From Chthoniobacteraceae bacterium (GTDB taxonomy: Bacteria; Verrucomicrobiota; Verrucomicrobiia; Chthoniobacterales; Chthoniobacteraceae): DNA of 64,000 nucleotides. The stretch is from contig JBBCKI010000002.1 of assembly GCA_037190965.1 (NCBI GenBank), positions 32,001 to 96,000 of the forward strand. Reading direction: 5' to 3'. Below the pieces are notes generated by a model, which saw nothing but the letters and a program-made list of their open reading frames with translations, had not been told where the DNA came from and did no database searches. Below are positions 9,629 to 19,432 of this stretch, piece after piece. The position numbers and the translations under genes are program-made. Position 1 is the stretch's first letter; each line of letters starts with the position of its first letter.

Positions 9629-9787
9629 TAGAGCATTTCCGGCTCAGGATGTCGCAATCATTTTACGGGGGCCAGGGTTTTCCCGGCAAACCGCCCCGGG
9701 GAAGAGAGGTCTACCCCGGGAGGGCACCGGCTTCCTGCTGGATTTTGGCCCGGCAACCTCTACAATCCCCGTTTTTCTAACCTGAAC

Positions 9788-11773
9788 ATGACTACCCCGA
9801 ACGCTCTGAACGCTCTCAACGAAAAGATCCAAGCGGCGGTCGCCGCAGGCCAGCTCCTCGAATCGAGCGCCCGCAACATTGCGCAATTGCTCGCCAGGAG
9901 CAGTTCCCCGGTGGATGAGCAGAGCGTACGGGAACTGGTGGAGACCGGTGCGTGGAGCGAGCTCAACGATCGTTTCTTCAAGACGCTCGCGTTCGGCACC
10001 GGTGGCCTCCGCGGGCGAACGATAGGCAAGGTAGTGACTGCCGCCGAGCGCGGCACTCCGCAGGCGCTGGGGCGGCCTGAATTCCCTTGCGTCGGCACCA
10101 ATGCGATGAATTTCTTCAACATCTCGCGCGCGACGCAAGGGCTGGTGGCGTATCTGCGGGAGTGGTTCGAGCGCGAAGCCCGGCAAGACAAGCCGAAGAT
10201 CGCCATCGGCTATGATTCCCGGCATTTCTCCCGCGAATTTGCGGATCTCGCCGCCCGCGTAGCGAGCGAAAACGGTGTCGACGTGGTCCTCTTTTCCCAG
10301 CCCCGCTCCACCCCGGAAGTCTCCTTCGCCGTGCGCAAAACCGGCGCGAGCGCGGGCATCGTGCTGACCGCCAGCCACAACCCGCCCCACGATAACGGCT
10401 ACAAGGTTTACTTCAACGACGGCGCGCAGGTGGTGGAGCCGCACGCCAGCGGCATCATCGCCAAGGTCAACGCCATCGAGAGTGATCGCTACACCCCGCT
10501 CCCCGAAGCCGCGCGCGGCGTCATCCGCACCGTCGACGCGGAGATCGACGAGCCTTACATGGAGCGTCTGGAAACGCTGGTGCTCGATCCCGCCGTAGTG
10601 CAGGCAGGCCGCGACCTGAAGATCGTCTTCACCCCGATCCACGGAACCGGCGGCGAAATCATCCGGCCGATTCTTCGCAGGCTCGGGTTCCAGTTTTCCG
10701 AAGTCGCCGAGCAGGCGGCTTTCGACGGGCGCTTCCCCACGGTCAAAAGCCCCAACCCGGAGAATGCCGAGGCTCTGGCATTGGCGATCCAGCTTGCCGA
10801 AAAGGAAGGGGCTGACCTCGTCATCGCCACCGACCCCGACTGCGACCGAATGGGCGTCGCGGTCCGCAACTCCGCAGGGGAAATGGAGCTTCTGACCGGC
10901 AACCAGATCGGCTCGCTCATGGCCTGGTATCGCGCCACCACGCTGCTGCGCCAGGGGGTGCTCCATGACGGCAACCTGAGCCGCGGCGTCATCATCAAGA
11001 CGTTCGTCACCACCGACCTTCAGAAAGCGATCGCCACGAAGCTCGGCCTGCGGTGTGTGGAAACGCTCACCGGGTTCAAGTATATCGGCGCGAAGCTTAC
11101 CAAATACGAGCAGGCGCTCCCCGCCGAAGTGCAGGCCCGCTACCGCGATCTTTCGGAAGCGGAAACCCGCGCACTCCGCCTCGCCCATTCGAGCTTCTAC
11201 GTCTTTGGCGGCGAAGAAAGCTATGGATACAGCGGCGCGGACTTCACCCGCGACAAGGATGGCAACGGCGCTGCCGTGATGTTCGCGGAAGTGGCTGCAT
11301 ACGCCAAATCCCGCCACCTCACGCTTGACGCCCTGCTGGATGAAATTTACGCCGAGTTCGGCTTCTATCTGGAAATGAACGGCAGCATGACTTTCGAAGG
11401 CGCGGAGGGCGCGGCGAAGATCAAACGGCTCTCCGAGTCCTACGCCACCCGCACGCCCACCGAACTCGATGGCACAAAAGTCGTGACCGCCACCAATTTC
11501 GCGGTGGAAGAGATTTACGACGGGGAGGGCGATCTTATTCCCAAGGAGGCAATGCTGATCATGGAACTCGCCGACGGCCGCCGGATCGCAGTGCGCCCCT
11601 CCGGCACGGAGCCCAAGATCAAATTCTACCTCTTCGCCCGCCAGGAACCGCCTCCCGGCAAGCAGTTCTCGGGAGAGGAACTCGCCGGTATCAAAAACGA
11701 CGTCTCGGTCTCCCTCGAACAGCTTTGGAAAGCCGTGCAGGCCGACGTCGAGAAGCGGCTGGCGCCCCAGTAA
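9788..11773 (+). CDS. Phosphoglucomutase/phosphomannomutase
   Basis: FGTGGLRG, TASHNP, DPDCDR, GGEESYG, RPSGTEPKIKFY. Confidence 0.94.
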   Translation: MTTPNALNALNEKIQAAVAAGQLLESSARNIAQLLARSSSPVDEQSVRELVETGAWSELNDRFFKTLAFGTGGLRGRTIGKVVTAAERGTPQALGRPEFPCVGTNAMNFFNISRATQGLVAYLREWFEREARQDKPKIAIGYDSRHFSREFADLAARVASENGVDVVLFSQPRSTPEVSFAVRKTGASAGIVLTASHNPPHDNGYKVYFNDGAQVVEPHASGIIAKVNAIESDRYTPLPEAARGVIRTVDAEIDEPYMERLETLVLDPAVVQAGRDLKIVFTPIHGTGGEIIRPILRRLGFQFSEVAEQAAFDGRFPTVKSPNPENAEALALAIQLAEKEGADLVIATDPDCDRMGVAVRNSAGEMELLTGNQIGSLMAWYRATTLLRQGVLHDGNLSRGVIIKTFVTTDLQKAIATKLGLRCVETLTGFKYIGAKLTKYEQALPAEVQARYRDLSEAETRALRLAHSSFYVFGGEESYGYSGADFTRDKDGNGAAVMFAEVAAYAKSRHLTLDALLDEIYAEFGFYLEMNGSMTFEGAEGAAKIKRLSESYATRTPTELDGTKVVTATNFAVEEIYDGEGDLIPKEAMLIMELADGRRIAVRPSGTEPKIKFYLFARQEPPPGKQFSGEELAGIKNDVSVSLEQLWKAVQADVEKRLAPQ

Positions 11774-11846
11774 TTCCTGGCGGCGACGGGCCGGTGGTCG
11801 CCTGCATTTCCCACCTCGACACGGTTTTCACCCCGCAAGAGGAGGA

Positions 11847-12938
11847 TCAATTCCACCGGAGATAATAACGGGTATACCGTTTTTCCCCGGTTTTGATCAA
11901 AGCGCCCATCGCTACCAATTCATTCAAATCGCGTGTCACCGTCGCCGGTGAAGTTTTCGCGATTCTCAAATAATTTCCGGCGCTCAAACCACCGGTAAAA
12001 CCGTCAATTCCTGCTTCGAAAATCCGGAGCAGGACTTTCTCCTGGCGGGCATTCAGAGCATTCCGGAATCGGTCAAAGAATTTTGTCTTGGCCACGAGAA
12101 ATTCCACCTGTCTGCCAGCCCGTGCCTGTGCTTCCAGAATCACCCCGGCGAAGTATCGTAACCAGGCCGTCACCTCCAGAGACCGGCTCGCCCCGGCCAG
12201 TTGCTCATAATAGAGATTTTTCCGTTTTCCGATTGTCTGCGAAAGCGCAAGCAAGACCGGCTTCCCAAGCGATTGAGAGAGCGATAACTCTGCGATGGCC
12301 CGACCAATCCGTCCGTTCCCGTCTTCAAACGGATGGATCGATTCAAACCAGAGATGGGCGATCGCGCTCCTTGTCAGTGCAGGCACACGACTTCTGCTGC
12401 CATTGAACCAATCAAGAAATCCTTCCATCTCGCGCGACACTCGCGCCGCAGGAGGAGCTTCGAAATGAATCCGGGGGGCATGGATTGGGCCGGAAACAAT
12501 CTGCATTGGGTCTCCGCCAGTTCGGAATTGACCGGTTTCCTTCAAATCCACCCTGCCGCGCACTACCATTTCGTGCCATTGGCACAATCGTTCGATCGTG
12601 AGATTCCCGGCGAAATTCTCGTAAACATCAACCAGCAACTCGGAAACCCCTTGCTCTGCCGGAGAAACCCGCCGTCCGTCTGTGGGCAATCCGAAATGAC
12701 GGCGCACCGAAGATTGCAAACTCTCCCGGTTCAGGATCTCCCCTTCGATTCTGGAGGTTTCCAGAGCTTCATCGCTCAAGAGGTCCACCCGAATTTTATC
12801 CACCTCACCCTCGCCCATATGCATAAAGGCCCCCAATAGAAGCCCTGACCCGTGCAGAAACTCCGTCTCTGCGTCACGGAGCACCTCGGGAGTGTATAAA
12901 AATTCCGGCCAAGCCGTCTGCTGCCAATTCCAAGCCAT
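11847..12938 (-). CDS. Fic-domain protein with N-terminal DUF4172 and C-terminal HTH
   Basis: HPFEDGNGRIGR catalytic motif, WNWQQTAWPEF N-terminus, TSRIEG inhibitory motif. Confidence 0.92.
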   Translation of the reverse strand: MAWNWQQTAWPEFLYTPEVLRDAETEFLHGSGLLLGAFMHMGEGEVDKIRVDLLSDEALETSRIEGEILNRESLQSSVRRHFGLPTDGRRVSPAEQGVSELLVDVYENFAGNLTIERLCQWHEMVVRGRVDLKETGQFRTGGDPMQIVSGPIHAPRIHFEAPPAARVSREMEGFLDWFNGSRSRVPALTRSAIAHLWFESIHPFEDGNGRIGRAIAELSLSQSLGKPVLLALSQTIGKRKNLYYEQLAGASRSLEVTAWLRYFAGVILEAQARAGRQVEFLVAKTKFFDRFRNALNARQEKVLLRIFEAGIDGFTGGLSAGNYLRIAKTSPATVTRDLNELVAMGALIKTGEKRYTRYYLRWN

Positions 12939-13022
12939 GAGCGATAAGGGAACTTTCTATCCCTCATTTAAGCGCAATTTTTGAGGGATAACAAGCCATT
13001 CAATCCCTCATTCTCCACCTGA

Positions 13023-13859
13023 TCAGCAAGCTCGCCGAGCCCTTGCAGTGCGATACTCCTCCGCGTATCGCAGCTTCTCCGGCAGATGCCGGTAGATACC
13101 CGGAAACCCGGTGCCGGTGAGCCGCCAGGCCGCCTTCGTCCAATTCCGCGAACGCAGGCCAAGCTTTTCCCGCAAGGGAGAAGGGATGATCTCCGTCGCG
13201 AGAAACTCCATCGGCGCAGTCGCCCACGGGAGCCAAAACGGCCTTTCGGGGCGGACGATCCCACGCGCCACCCCTGCGCTGGCCGGGTCGCTCCCGAGCA
13301 GTTCCCCTTCCACCATGGCAAGGTAATAGGCGTGAAACTCGGGCCAGCTTTGCGGGCCGAAACTCCGGTCGAGCCCAAAGAACTCACCCCAAATGTACAT
13401 ATCGTCGAGGTACCGCTGCTTCTCTTCGGGAGAAAGCGGCTCGACAAATCCTTCGAAGAGGTCAATGGCCGTGACCACAAGGGTGGCAAGCACCCAGAGC
13501 TGAAGATCGGCATCGAACGCGGAGTACCCATGCCTCCCCTCCTCTTCCTCACTCCGGACACGCCGGTGAAGATGGGCGATCTTGGCGGCCATTTTCTCCA
13601 CATCATCCCCGGTTCCAAAGGCGATGGTATAAACGGCGGCCAGCGTCCGCTTTAAACGCCCGAGCGCGTCGCGGCGAAAGTCGCTGTGATCCACCACGCC
13701 ACGCGCCACCTTGGGATGGGCGATCTGGAGAATCGCCGCCGCGGGCCCTCCCAGCAGGACGATGCGTTCCCTGTTGATCTTCCAGATCATCGAGCCCGGG
13801 CCAAAAAGTCCTTCCGCCGGAACCTCCGGAAAGTTGGGAATACGGGTCTCTCCGTTCAC
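13023..13859 (-). CDS. MpaB/DUF2236 oxygenase-like protein
   Basis: FGPGSMIW, ILQIAHPKVARGVVDHSDF, YSAFDADLQLWVLATL. GTG start inferred. Confidence 0.85.
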   Translation of the reverse strand: MNGETRIPNFPEVPAEGLFGPGSMIWKINRERIVLLGGPAAAILQIAHPKVARGVVDHSDFRRDALGRLKRTLAAVYTIAFGTGDDVEKMAAKIAHLHRRVRSEEEEGRHGYSAFDADLQLWVLATLVVTAIDLFEGFVEPLSPEEKQRYLDDMYIWGEFFGLDRSFGPQSWPEFHAYYLAMVEGELLGSDPASAGVARGIVRPERPFWLPWATAPMEFLATEIIPSPLREKLGLRSRNWTKAAWRLTGTGFPGIYRHLPEKLRYAEEYRTARARRAC

Positions 13860-13946
13860 GCGATAATGATGGGCGGTAGTTTCACGGTGCCAAGCCAAAA
13901 GGGGACAGGGCGACCACATCTAGACTGATACGATGGGTCGATGTTC

Positions 13947-14064
13947 TCGCGCCAAGGACACAAAAGCCGCCAAGAGGAAAAGCATCGAGCGCCCCCGACA
14001 ACACCACGCAGGGTCGAAGGCACCATTTTTAGATCACTTGGCGAGCTTGGCGGCCTTGGCGCGA
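13947..14064. repeat. Inverted repeat with 9-bp periodic (CGCCAAG) arms
   Basis: TCGCGCCAAGGACACAAAAGCCGCCAAG (13947-13974) pairs with CTTGGCGAGCTTGGCGGCCTTGGCGCGA (14037-14064). Confidence 0.65.
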
Positions 14065-14168
14065 TATCTTCCTGCGGATTGAAGGGGCATTCACTCTGCT
14101 TGCAGCGCGGCCAATCTTGGCGCATACCTTTGGGGCGGCTTTGCTTCACTGAAGCCGCACCTGGAACC

Positions 14169-14471
14169 ATGAGCAACATTAACCTCGACGGCGGCGAAAC
14201 CAGCCTCATCCGCACCCTCGGCTTCGGGGGCGCGCCGATGATGGGCCGCGATTTGAAATCGCGAATGGGCGGCATGGGTGACGCCGAACTTTTCGACATC
14301 CTCCAGACTCTTATCGCGATCGGCTACGTCTGCGCCAATCGCGATCTCTCCCGCCCGGAGGACATCGACCGGGGGACATTTTTCACCAATCCCGGCTATG
14401 CGAAGGAATTGAAGGAAGCCCTTGATCCCCGCGCCAAGGAGCCTCCTACCCGGCGCGCCCGCCGCCAATAA
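14169..14471 (+). CDS. Small hypothetical protein (100 aa)
   Basis: ATG at 14169 (MSNINLDGGETSLIR...) with host-like codon usage; co-directional with lnt. Confidence 0.7.
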   Translation: MSNINLDGGETSLIRTLGFGGAPMMGRDLKSRMGGMGDAELFDILQTLIAIGYVCANRDLSRPEDIDRGTFFTNPGYAKELKEALDPRAKEPPTRRARRQ

Positions 14472-14482
14472 CGCCCCCCTTG

Positions 14483-16096
14483 ATGTCACGCACCTGGCCA
14501 TGGTTGGCTGCTCTCCTGAGCGGCGTTCTCCTGACCCTCTGCCTTCCACCCTGGGATCAGGGGTGGTTGTGCTGGATCGCGCTCACGCCGCTGATCGCCG
14601 CCATCTGGTTTGGAAAACCGGCGGATACGGAGGCCATCCGCGCGACGCCGCGCTGGAGACGTTTTTTGCGCCGACCAACCGGCCGGGCCGCGCTGCTGGG
14701 GTATGTCACCGGTCTGGTTTTCTTTTGGTGGGCCTTCTTTTGGCTGACCACCGTGACCGGCATCGGCTGGTTCATCCTCGCCTTCTACCTCGCACTTTAC
14801 CCTGCGGTGTGGGCCGCGTTTCTGGCGGCCGCCAGTGAAAGCGCGGAGGACTTTACCCGTTCAGGCCTCAATCTCCGGCTGGCCGCAAGCGGAGCGGCGG
14901 CATGGACCGCCTTGGAGTGGGTGCGCGGCTGGCTCTTCAGCGGCTTTGGCTGGAATAATCTCGGCACCGCGTTGCACGAAAACCTTGCGTTCATCCAGAT
15001 CGTCGAGTTCACCGGCGTGGGTGGGCTTTCGTTCCTTGTCGCCTTCACCAATCTCATCGCCGTCATCACGGTGAAGCGATTCCTTGCCGAAATTCACCAC
15101 CGGAAAATCCGTCCACACTGGGACTTCAGCCTGAACATGGCGCTCATCGTCGGTGTCTTTCTCTTCGGCGTCCGCACCCTGTTCCAGCCGCCCATCGAGG
15201 GCACAACGCCCCTGCGGGTGGCGGCGGTGCAGCCCAATATCCCGCAGAACGAAAAGGCCGATCTCGCTTTCGAAAAATCCGTCTTCGAGCGGCTGACGTT
15301 CCTGACGGAATCCGCGCTGGCGTGGAATCCGGAGCTCCTGGTCTGGCCGGAGGCCGCCACGGTGCGCGGCATGTTCGTGGACGAAACCAATTACGCCTTC
15401 GTCCATCAGTTTGCCGCGCGCGGAGAGGTCAATTTCCTCTTCGGCACCGTCGATTTCGACGCCGAGCAACGCGATTACAACGTCGCCGCACTGCTGACCC
15501 AACAGGGCAAATTGCTCCAGATCTACCGCAAAATGCACCTGGTGCCCTTCGGCGAGTATATCCCGTTCCGGCATTCCTTCCCGTTGTTCGCCTGGATTGT
15601 CGGCGACCTCGTTCCCGCCGACTACAGCCCCGGGCGGCATTACTCCATCTTGCGCCTGAGCAAGCCCGACCTCAAGGCCGCCGCGCTGGTCTGTTTTGAA
15701 GATACGCTCGGCGAGCTAACCCGCCGTTTCGTGCTCGGCGGGGCGCAATTGCTGGTCAACGTCACCAACGACGGCTGGTTCCTGAAGAGCCCCGCCTCAC
15801 GCCAGCACCTTGCCAACGCCGTTTTTCGCGCGGTGGAAAACCGTCGTCCGCTGGTGCGGGCCGCCAATACCGGCGTCACCGCGTTTATCAACCCGACGGG
15901 ACGAATCACCAGCCGGTTCGACGACGTGTTTGCCGAGGGAGTTCTTACCGAAGAGATTCAAATCCCACCGGAAAGTGCCCGGGTGACGTTTTATACCCGT
16001 CGCGGCGAAATTTTTTCCCACGTGTGCACCGCCTTCAGCCTGTTCGCGGTCGCTTTGATGACCCTACAGGCACGCCGACGCCCCACCCCGCAATGA
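14483..16096 (+). CDS. lnt: Apolipoprotein N-acyltransferase
   Basis: Multiple TMs; GFGWNNLG, VQPNI, WPEA, KMHLVPFGEYIP, VCFE, TNDGWF, RAVENRRPLVRAANTG. Confidence 0.95.
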   Translation: MSRTWPWLAALLSGVLLTLCLPPWDQGWLCWIALTPLIAAIWFGKPADTEAIRATPRWRRFLRRPTGRAALLGYVTGLVFFWWAFFWLTTVTGIGWFILAFYLALYPAVWAAFLAAASESAEDFTRSGLNLRLAASGAAAWTALEWVRGWLFSGFGWNNLGTALHENLAFIQIVEFTGVGGLSFLVAFTNLIAVITVKRFLAEIHHRKIRPHWDFSLNMALIVGVFLFGVRTLFQPPIEGTTPLRVAAVQPNIPQNEKADLAFEKSVFERLTFLTESALAWNPELLVWPEAATVRGMFVDETNYAFVHQFAARGEVNFLFGTVDFDAEQRDYNVAALLTQQGKLLQIYRKMHLVPFGEYIPFRHSFPLFAWIVGDLVPADYSPGRHYSILRLSKPDLKAAALVCFEDTLGELTRRFVLGGAQLLVNVTNDGWFLKSPASRQHLANAVFRAVENRRPLVRAANTGVTAFINPTGRITSRFDDVFAEGVLTEEIQIPPESARVTFYTRRGEIFSHVCTAFSLFAVALMTLQARRRPTPQ

Positions 16097-16920
16097 TCTC
16101 CGAATCCCCTGCTCGACCGGCGATTCCATCCACAAACAAAGCCCTCGCCAAGGCGCTGGTCATTTCGATTCACGACGTCTCGCCCCTCACCCGCGAAGCC
16201 ACGGCGCGGATTCTGGAGCGGCTTGCCGAAATGGGGGCGACCCCGTGTTCCCTCCTGGTCGTCCCCGATCACCACGGGCGGGGCCATTTTCTCGACGACC
16301 CGGATTTCTGCGCTTGGCTCAAAGAACGCGTCGATTCCGGCGACGAACCGGTCATTCACGGCTACTTTCATCGCCGCGATCGAAAGCCTCAGGAATCGGC
16401 GCGCGTCAGGCTGGCCACCCGTTTTTACACGGCGGATGAGGGCGAATTCTTCGACATCTCCGGGGCCGATGCCCTAAGGCTTGTCAGCCAGGCGCGGGAC
16501 GATTTCCGCAAGCTCAGGCTCGACCCCGGCGGTTTTATTGCCCCGGCCTGGCTTTTAAGCGAAGGCGGCGAGCTTGCCTTGCGGAAGCTCGGCTTCGATT
16601 ACACCACCCGCCTGGGCACTGTCACCGATCTTCCTTCCGGGCGCACCTGCGCCTCCCAGTCGCTCGTCTGGAGCGTCCGCAGCACGTGGCGACGAGGCCT
16701 GAGCCGCCTTTGGAACAAGTCGCTTTTCCGCAGGCTCAAGACCGCGCCGCTCCTCAGGATCGGCATCCATCCCGTCGACATCGAGCACCGCGCCGTTTGG
16801 CGGCAAATTGAAGAACTCACCCAACGCGCGCTTGCCGACCGCACCCCACTCACTTATCAGCAATGGATCGAAACCAGTCGACCTAGAACGTATTCACGAA
16901 TTGAGAAGCAAATTCGTTAA
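16093..16920 (+). CDS. DUF2334 polysaccharide deacetylase family protein
   Basis: SIHDVSP, HGYFH, EGEF, GFIAPAW, RIGIHPVD. ATGA overlap with lnt. Confidence 0.85.
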   Translation: MISESPARPAIPSTNKALAKALVISIHDVSPLTREATARILERLAEMGATPCSLLVVPDHHGRGHFLDDPDFCAWLKERVDSGDEPVIHGYFHRRDRKPQESARVRLATRFYTADEGEFFDISGADALRLVSQARDDFRKLRLDPGGFIAPAWLLSEGGELALRKLGFDYTTRLGTVTDLPSGRTCASQSLVWSVRSTWRRGLSRLWNKSLFRRLKTAPLLRIGIHPVDIEHRAVWRQIEELTQRALADRTPLTYQQWIETSRPRTYSRIEKQIR

Positions 16921-16929
16921 TACGCCCTA
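16884..16929. mobile_element. 46-bp TA-bounded inverted-repeat remnant (mini-MITE-like)
   Basis: TAGAACGTATTCACGAATT / AATTCGTTAATACGCCCTA (16/19 complementary). A related end sits at 6855-6873. Confidence 0.5.
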
Positions 16930-16935
16930 AAGCGC

Positions 16936-19335
16936 ATGCCCTCCAAAGCTGATCTCCACCTTCACTCCCGCTACAGCGACCGATCCGCCGACTGGCTAAT
17001 GCGGCGGTTCGACTTTCCCGACAGCTACTCCGACCCCGCCGCGCTCTACAGCACGCTCCGCAAGGCCGGAATGCAATTTGTCACGCTGACCGATCACGAC
17101 CGAATCGACGGTTGCCTGGAGATTGCCGATCAACCGGGCGTTTTCCTGAGCGAGCAGATCTCCGCCCAGTTTCCCGAGGATCGCTGCCGGGTTGATCTGC
17201 TGGCGTGGAACATCACCGAGGCCCAGCATCGGGAGATCCAGTCCGCCAAGGGGAATCTCTACGACCTCCAGCGTTACCTTGCCGAGAATAAGATCGCGCA
17301 CGCCGTCGCGCACCCGCTCTACCGTCTCGATGAGCGGCTGAGCATCGCGCATCTCGAAAAACTAATCCTCCTCTTCAAGCACTTCGAAGGCCTCAACGGT
17401 CTGCGTCACTCCCTCCTGAGCGAGAACGCGCGTTTTCTCTTTTCCCGGTTGGATGCGAAAAAGATCGCGCACCTTTCCGACCTCCACGGCATTGCCCCCA
17501 CTCACGAGCAGCCTTGGATCAAGATTCTCACCGGGGGCTCCGACGACCATGGCGGCTTCTACCCGGGCGCGGCTTATACGGAAACGCCGAAGTGCGCGAC
17601 CGCCGGCGAGTTCCTCAACTTTGTCGCCTGCGGTAAATGCGAGCCGGCGGGCCGGGCGGGAACCTCGCTCGCGCTTTCTCATGGCCTGTACAACACCCTC
17701 TACAGCTTCGCAGGAGAGAAATTCCTTCACGGCGACAAGGGGACCGGGGGATTGCTGCACAAGGTTTTCTCGCGCTTCATGGAGGGGCGCGACCCCACGG
17801 AATTTTCCCTTTCCGACAAAATCGAGATGGTAGCGCAGGGAATCATATCGGGGAAGATCTTCGAATTGGCGAAGCCCGCGCACGCTTCCCTCTGGAAGCA
17901 ACTTTCCGCCGCCCTCTCCGACGCCGATTTCAAACGGCTCATCAACAAGGAGATCGAGGGATTTGAGGAGCCAGAGCGCCGCGCCTTCCGCTTCGCCGCG
18001 CTTTTCGTTAACCAGCTCGGCTTCCGGTTCTTCACCCGGTTTGTCAAACAACTCTCCAGCGGAAACCTCGTGGAAGCGTTGCAAGACATCGGCATCCTTG
18101 CGCCGATTCTCCTGAGCGTCAGCCCCTATGTGTACGCTTTCCGCTCGCAGGCCCCTCCTCGCGAATGGCTCCGCAACACCAGCCTGCGGATCGTCGGGGA
18201 GATTCCCGAGCCGCTGCGGAACCGCAAGCGCGCCTGGTTTACCGACACGCTTGAAGACATCAACGGCGTGGCCACCACCATCCGCAAGATGACCGCTGCG
18301 GGCGTGGCGGCGGGCGAAGACCTGACGGTAGTCACCTCCCGGGCCGATGCCCGCCTCACCGGCATCCCGATCAAAAACTTCACGCCGATCGGCGAGTTCG
18401 AATTGCCCGAGTACGAGCTTCAGAAGCTCTGCTTCCCGCCCATCCTGGAGATCATCGACTACATCGAACGCGAGCGATTCACGGAACTCATCATCAGCAC
18501 CCCCGGCCCTGTCGGCATCACCGCGCTGCTCGCCGCCAAGCTCCTGGGCATTCGCGCGACGGGGATTTATCACACCGACTTCCCCCAATACGTCCGCATC
18601 CTAACCGACGACAGCTTTCTGGAGACGCTGACGTGGAAGTTCATGCACGGCTTCTACTCGCAGCTCGATCTCCTCTACGTCAACTCGGGCGACTACCGCG
18701 ACTGCTGGGTTCAACGCGGCATCGCGCCGGAGAAGATCAAGATCCTCCCCCGGGGACTGGACATCGAACTCTTCCACCCGGCCCGCCGTGACCCGGCATT
18801 CTGGGAACGCCATGGAAACTGGGGGAGCAAACCCGTCCTGCTTTATGTCGGGCGAATCTCCAAGGAGAAAGATCTCGACCTCATCGTCGCCGCCTGCCGC
18901 GCCCTTCCCGACAAGTCGGCTCAGATGGTCTTCGTGGGCGAAGGCCCCTACACCAGGGAATTGCGCACGCTCCTGCCCGAGGCCTGCTTCACAGGAGCTC
19001 TCAGCGGGGTCGAACTCGCGACCGCGTTCGCCTCAGCCGATCTCTTCCTCTTCCCCAGCACCACCGATACCTTCGGCAACGTCGTCCTGGAAGCCCACGC
19101 CTCCGGCCTCCCCACCATCGTCTCCGACGCTGGCGGCCCCAAGGAACTCGTGGCGCACGAAACCAACGGCCTCATCACCCGGAGCCTCGACGCCGCCGAT
19201 TTCACCGCCGCCATCCGTCGCCTGATCGATGATCCCGTCCTGCTGCGAAAAATGGGGCAAAGCGCTCGGCGGAGCGTGGAAGACCGCGACTGGTCCCGGG
19301 CCTTCCGGGCATTCTGGTCGCAGTCGCCCGAGTAA
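16936..19335 (+). CDS. PHP-domain / GT4 glycosyltransferase fusion
   Basis: N-terminal HLHS, TDHD, GGSDDH (PHP). C-terminal YHTDFPQY, VGRISKEK, DTFGNVVLEA (GT4). Confidence 0.88.
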   Translation: MPSKADLHLHSRYSDRSADWLMRRFDFPDSYSDPAALYSTLRKAGMQFVTLTDHDRIDGCLEIADQPGVFLSEQISAQFPEDRCRVDLLAWNITEAQHREIQSAKGNLYDLQRYLAENKIAHAVAHPLYRLDERLSIAHLEKLILLFKHFEGLNGLRHSLLSENARFLFSRLDAKKIAHLSDLHGIAPTHEQPWIKILTGGSDDHGGFYPGAAYTETPKCATAGEFLNFVACGKCEPAGRAGTSLALSHGLYNTLYSFAGEKFLHGDKGTGGLLHKVFSRFMEGRDPTEFSLSDKIEMVAQGIISGKIFELAKPAHASLWKQLSAALSDADFKRLINKEIEGFEEPERRAFRFAALFVNQLGFRFFTRFVKQLSSGNLVEALQDIGILAPILLSVSPYVYAFRSQAPPREWLRNTSLRIVGEIPEPLRNRKRAWFTDTLEDINGVATTIRKMTAAGVAAGEDLTVVTSRADARLTGIPIKNFTPIGEFELPEYELQKLCFPPILEIIDYIERERFTELIISTPGPVGITALLAAKLLGIRATGIYHTDFPQYVRILTDDSFLETLTWKFMHGFYSQLDLLYVNSGDYRDCWVQRGIAPEKIKILPRGLDIELFHPARRDPAFWERHGNWGSKPVLLYVGRISKEKDLDLIVAACRALPDKSAQMVFVGEGPYTRELRTLLPEACFTGALSGVELATAFASADLFLFPSTTDTFGNVVLEAHASGLPTIVSDAGGPKELVAHETNGLITRSLDAADFTAAIRRLIDDPVLLRKMGQSARRSVEDRDWSRAFRAFWSQSPE

Positions 19336-19373
19336 GGGGCGGCATTCTGCAATTGCTGACGAGGGACATAAGA

Positions 19374-19426
19374 TTGCCCTTGTTATTCCTACAAACGTAG
19401 GATTCAATGGACTACATTCGTAGGAA
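19374..19426 (+). promoter_or_regulatory. Promoter with two BlaI-type operator palindromes
   Basis: TCCTAC-AAAC-GTAGGA (19387-19402) and CTACATTCGTAG (19412-19423), overlapping a candidate TTGCCC-N18-TAGGAT promoter. Confidence 0.75.
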
Positions 19427-19432
19427 CAAACA

